Positions 62,301 to 64,000 of a stretch of 64,000 nt of DNA are shown piece by piece. Within the stretch, counting starts at the first letter, position 1, and each line of letters starts with the position of its first letter. The notes beneath the pieces were generated by a model. It saw only the letters and a program-made list of their open reading frames with translations. It made no database searches and was not told the origin of the DNA. Source of the DNA: Macrostomum lignano (Eukaryota); the NCBI GenBank assembly GCA_002269645.1, contig NIVC01000764.1:209749-273748 (forward strand), written 5' to 3'. The translations under genes and the position numbers were made by a program.

Positions 62301-62817
62301 ATGAACTACATTGACTTCCAAGGATTCCCGTGCAACAGCACAAGCAAAAGATTTGTTGTGAAAGAGTTGGCAGTTGTTCAAGTCAGAGCGGGAAGCTACC
62401 GAATTGCTCACCATGTGTACGCACCTCCGTATCCATGGGAGAGAGTCTCCACTGACATGCGAGCTTGCTACAGACAGCTATCAAAGAGTCTGCACCAGTT
62501 TAAGTGGAGTGATGGAACCCGTCCGTACATGGAACTGGCGGAAGACATTCTGAGGATTGCCAGTGGTCCGATATGGACAAATGGGGAAAGGAAGTCTATT
62601 TTCCTGACTGAGCTGCTTGGTAGACAGGTTTATACCTAGAAGATTTGGGACACCCTCGATTAAAGATTCAGATACTGGCTGTGCAGTGAGAAATTCATTG
62701 CTGCACTACAGTTGGCTTAAGCCAAAGTTCTGCATCAACTTAAGAAGCGAGCAGTGTCCGTGCACAGGGGCAGTGAAGTTGGCAGAAGATTTGGTGAAGA
62801 AGTCAGGATCTAAATGA
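62301..62817 (+). CDS. DnaQ/DEDD-like exonuclease-fold protein (two 1-nt shifts at about 62633 and 62648)
   Basis: YIDFQGF..KELA..PPYPW..HQFKWSDG..PY..(N)LEDLG(T)PS. Confidence 0.55.
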
Positions 62818-63422
62818 GCCACCTGCAGCTACAGCCCTAAGAGTGAGCAATCTGGTTGGCGGAGTGGATCTGAGACTGGATGGTGGCAGGGGCGCCCCAG
62901 TTGCCTCTACGGGAACTGCTCTCAGCATGGCTCATGTGATCTACCGGCGCCGTCTGGCTCATGTGATCTACCGGCCCGTCTGGCCCCGGGTGCTCATCAA
63001 GCGGATGCGAGTCCAGAGAGTGACTCTGCTACTCTACCCTACTGACAACTGAGCATCTGTGGCGCCAAGACCCACGCAGACGCCAAAAGGGCTGCCCGTC
63101 GCTTCATGGCTATGCTGCATCGGAGAGTGCCGGATCAACTGCTGCCTCATCAAACTATTTGTGTTCAAATTAAAACTATTACTGCTCATGGACGTTTTAA
63201 GCTCCAAAATGCGCTACCGCTTACTGAACTTGTTAAAGTTTTGCCCAAAGCCCAGTATGAACCAGAAACATTTTCAGCTTTAGTTTGTCAACTTAAGTAT
63301 TGTAAATGCTTGCTTTTTCATAATGCTTCTTATATTCTAAGTGGGCAAAATCTCTGCGTATGCTAAAATCCGACAGTTCTTCCCTGTTTCGCTCTGTTAA
63401 CACACTTATGCAACTAAAATAA
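62814..63422 (+). CDS. TATA-binding-protein (TBP)-like protein, two repeats, broken by 1-nt shifts and a 27-bp duplication
   Basis: Repeat 1: VSNLVGGVDL..IYRP..VTLLLYPT(G)QLSICGAKTHADAKRAARRF. Repeat 2: IKTIT..LTELV..QYEPETFSAL..CLLFHNASYILSG(A)K. Confidence 0.85.
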
Positions 63423-63423
63423 A
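63418..63423 (+). terminator. Poly(A) signal overlapping the TBP-like stop; a minus-strand AATAAA near 63511-63516 would serve pPolB
   Basis: AATAAA in the AT-rich convergent intergenic region. Confidence 0.45.
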
Positions 63424-63778
63424 GCACAATAATTACCCGTCTTTAATCTTCCGACAAGAACTAGCAGAAAAAAAACTTTAATTTAACTTTAATATGCCTT
63501 GTTTACTAGTTTTATTTTTTGGTTACAAAAGATGCTAAAAAAATTGTCAGCAAACTGCAACACAGCGAAAATTGATACTAATATTAAAAGAACATAGGAA
63601 AAGAAAGAAAATGAAAATGCTAACACTCATAAAAGTTAAGCAAGTTTTGAAAAAGCAATGGCACGTTAAAGAAAAGTACTATAGCATTTATGCGGACAAA
63701 ATGTACATTGCGTTCCAAAAACCAAAATGCAAAGCTGAGCAAATGCTCAATTCAAAGTACGCACTAGTCAAATGTATG

Positions 63779-64000
63779 TTATTGCAGGATCCTCATTTGC
63801 TTGGGAGCCTGATCAGCAGCTAGTTGAGGTGCTTCTCGATTGTAACGGCGGCAGCTGTGGCGGCAGAGGTCTCTTAAAGCAAAGTGCCCATACGGAAGAC
63901 TTTGTTTGGGGAAGTCCACGCACGCTTGTCCTCCCCCATACAGTCAGGGCACGCTTCTGTTGCTCTAAAGTGACTACTCTGTGTCGTCGGCTAGCGATTC
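63779..64000 (-). CDS. Protein-primed DNA polymerase B, C-terminal end (partial, frameshifted)
   Basis: Minus strand gives IASRRHRVVTLEQQKRAL..EDKRAW..(S)LPYGHF, matching the pPolB C-terminal K.AL..DDKR..LPYGH pattern. Confidence 0.8.

Larger units (their letters stand above)
54378..64000. mobile_element. Polinton/Maverick (adintovirus-like) endogenous virus, left ~9.6 kb
   Basis: AGTAGT terminus; INT, penton, hexon, protease, ATPase and pPolB end. Confidence 0.95.

Noticed and set aside
63572-63823. 83-aa plus ORF after the TBP-like gene
   Set aside because: Non-ATG start in an AT-rich convergent terminator zone, overlapping the pPolB end; no motif.
63973-63978. ACTACT as the Polinton right end
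   Set aside because: Adjacent sequence is not the inverse of 54378 onward, no GTCGTT follows, and it lies inside pPolB coding sequence.

Overview
Animal (invertebrate) genomic DNA dominated by transposable elements. A flatworm such as Macrostomum is a guess from element style only. From left to right: an RTE-type LINE (1-2.1 kb), a truncated Penelope element with a 3' hammerhead ribozyme (3.2-4.5 kb), a cluster of unrelated minisatellites with possible host exons (5.4-18.5 kb), a CORE-SINE, a deleted hAT element with perfect TSDs (23.3-24.6 kb), a very young full-length Gypsy element with an extra non-env ORF (26.2-35.8 kb), a second RTE copy, a second CORE-SINE, a Helitron remnant, and two intronless host-type genes (SLC15/POT-like transporter; GT13/GnT-I-like glycosyltransferase). 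A Ginger integrase is then interrupted at 54378 by a Polinton/adintovirus-like endogenous virus that runs off the window. Its genes are a tandem PC4 protein, integrase-chromodomain, penton, basic core protein, hexon, adenain protease, packaging ATPase, two conserved ORFs, an exonuclease-like ORF and the 3' end of pPolB. The most notable observation is a two-repeat TATA-binding-protein (TBP)-like gene in this element, which the ORF track splits into fragments. With the double-PC4 gene and identical GTATATAAG boxes, it suggests an element-encoded transcription-initiation module. Most frameshifts are single missing bases in short homopolymers, so they may be consensus errors. All protein assignments come from motif recognition by eye; no database search was run.
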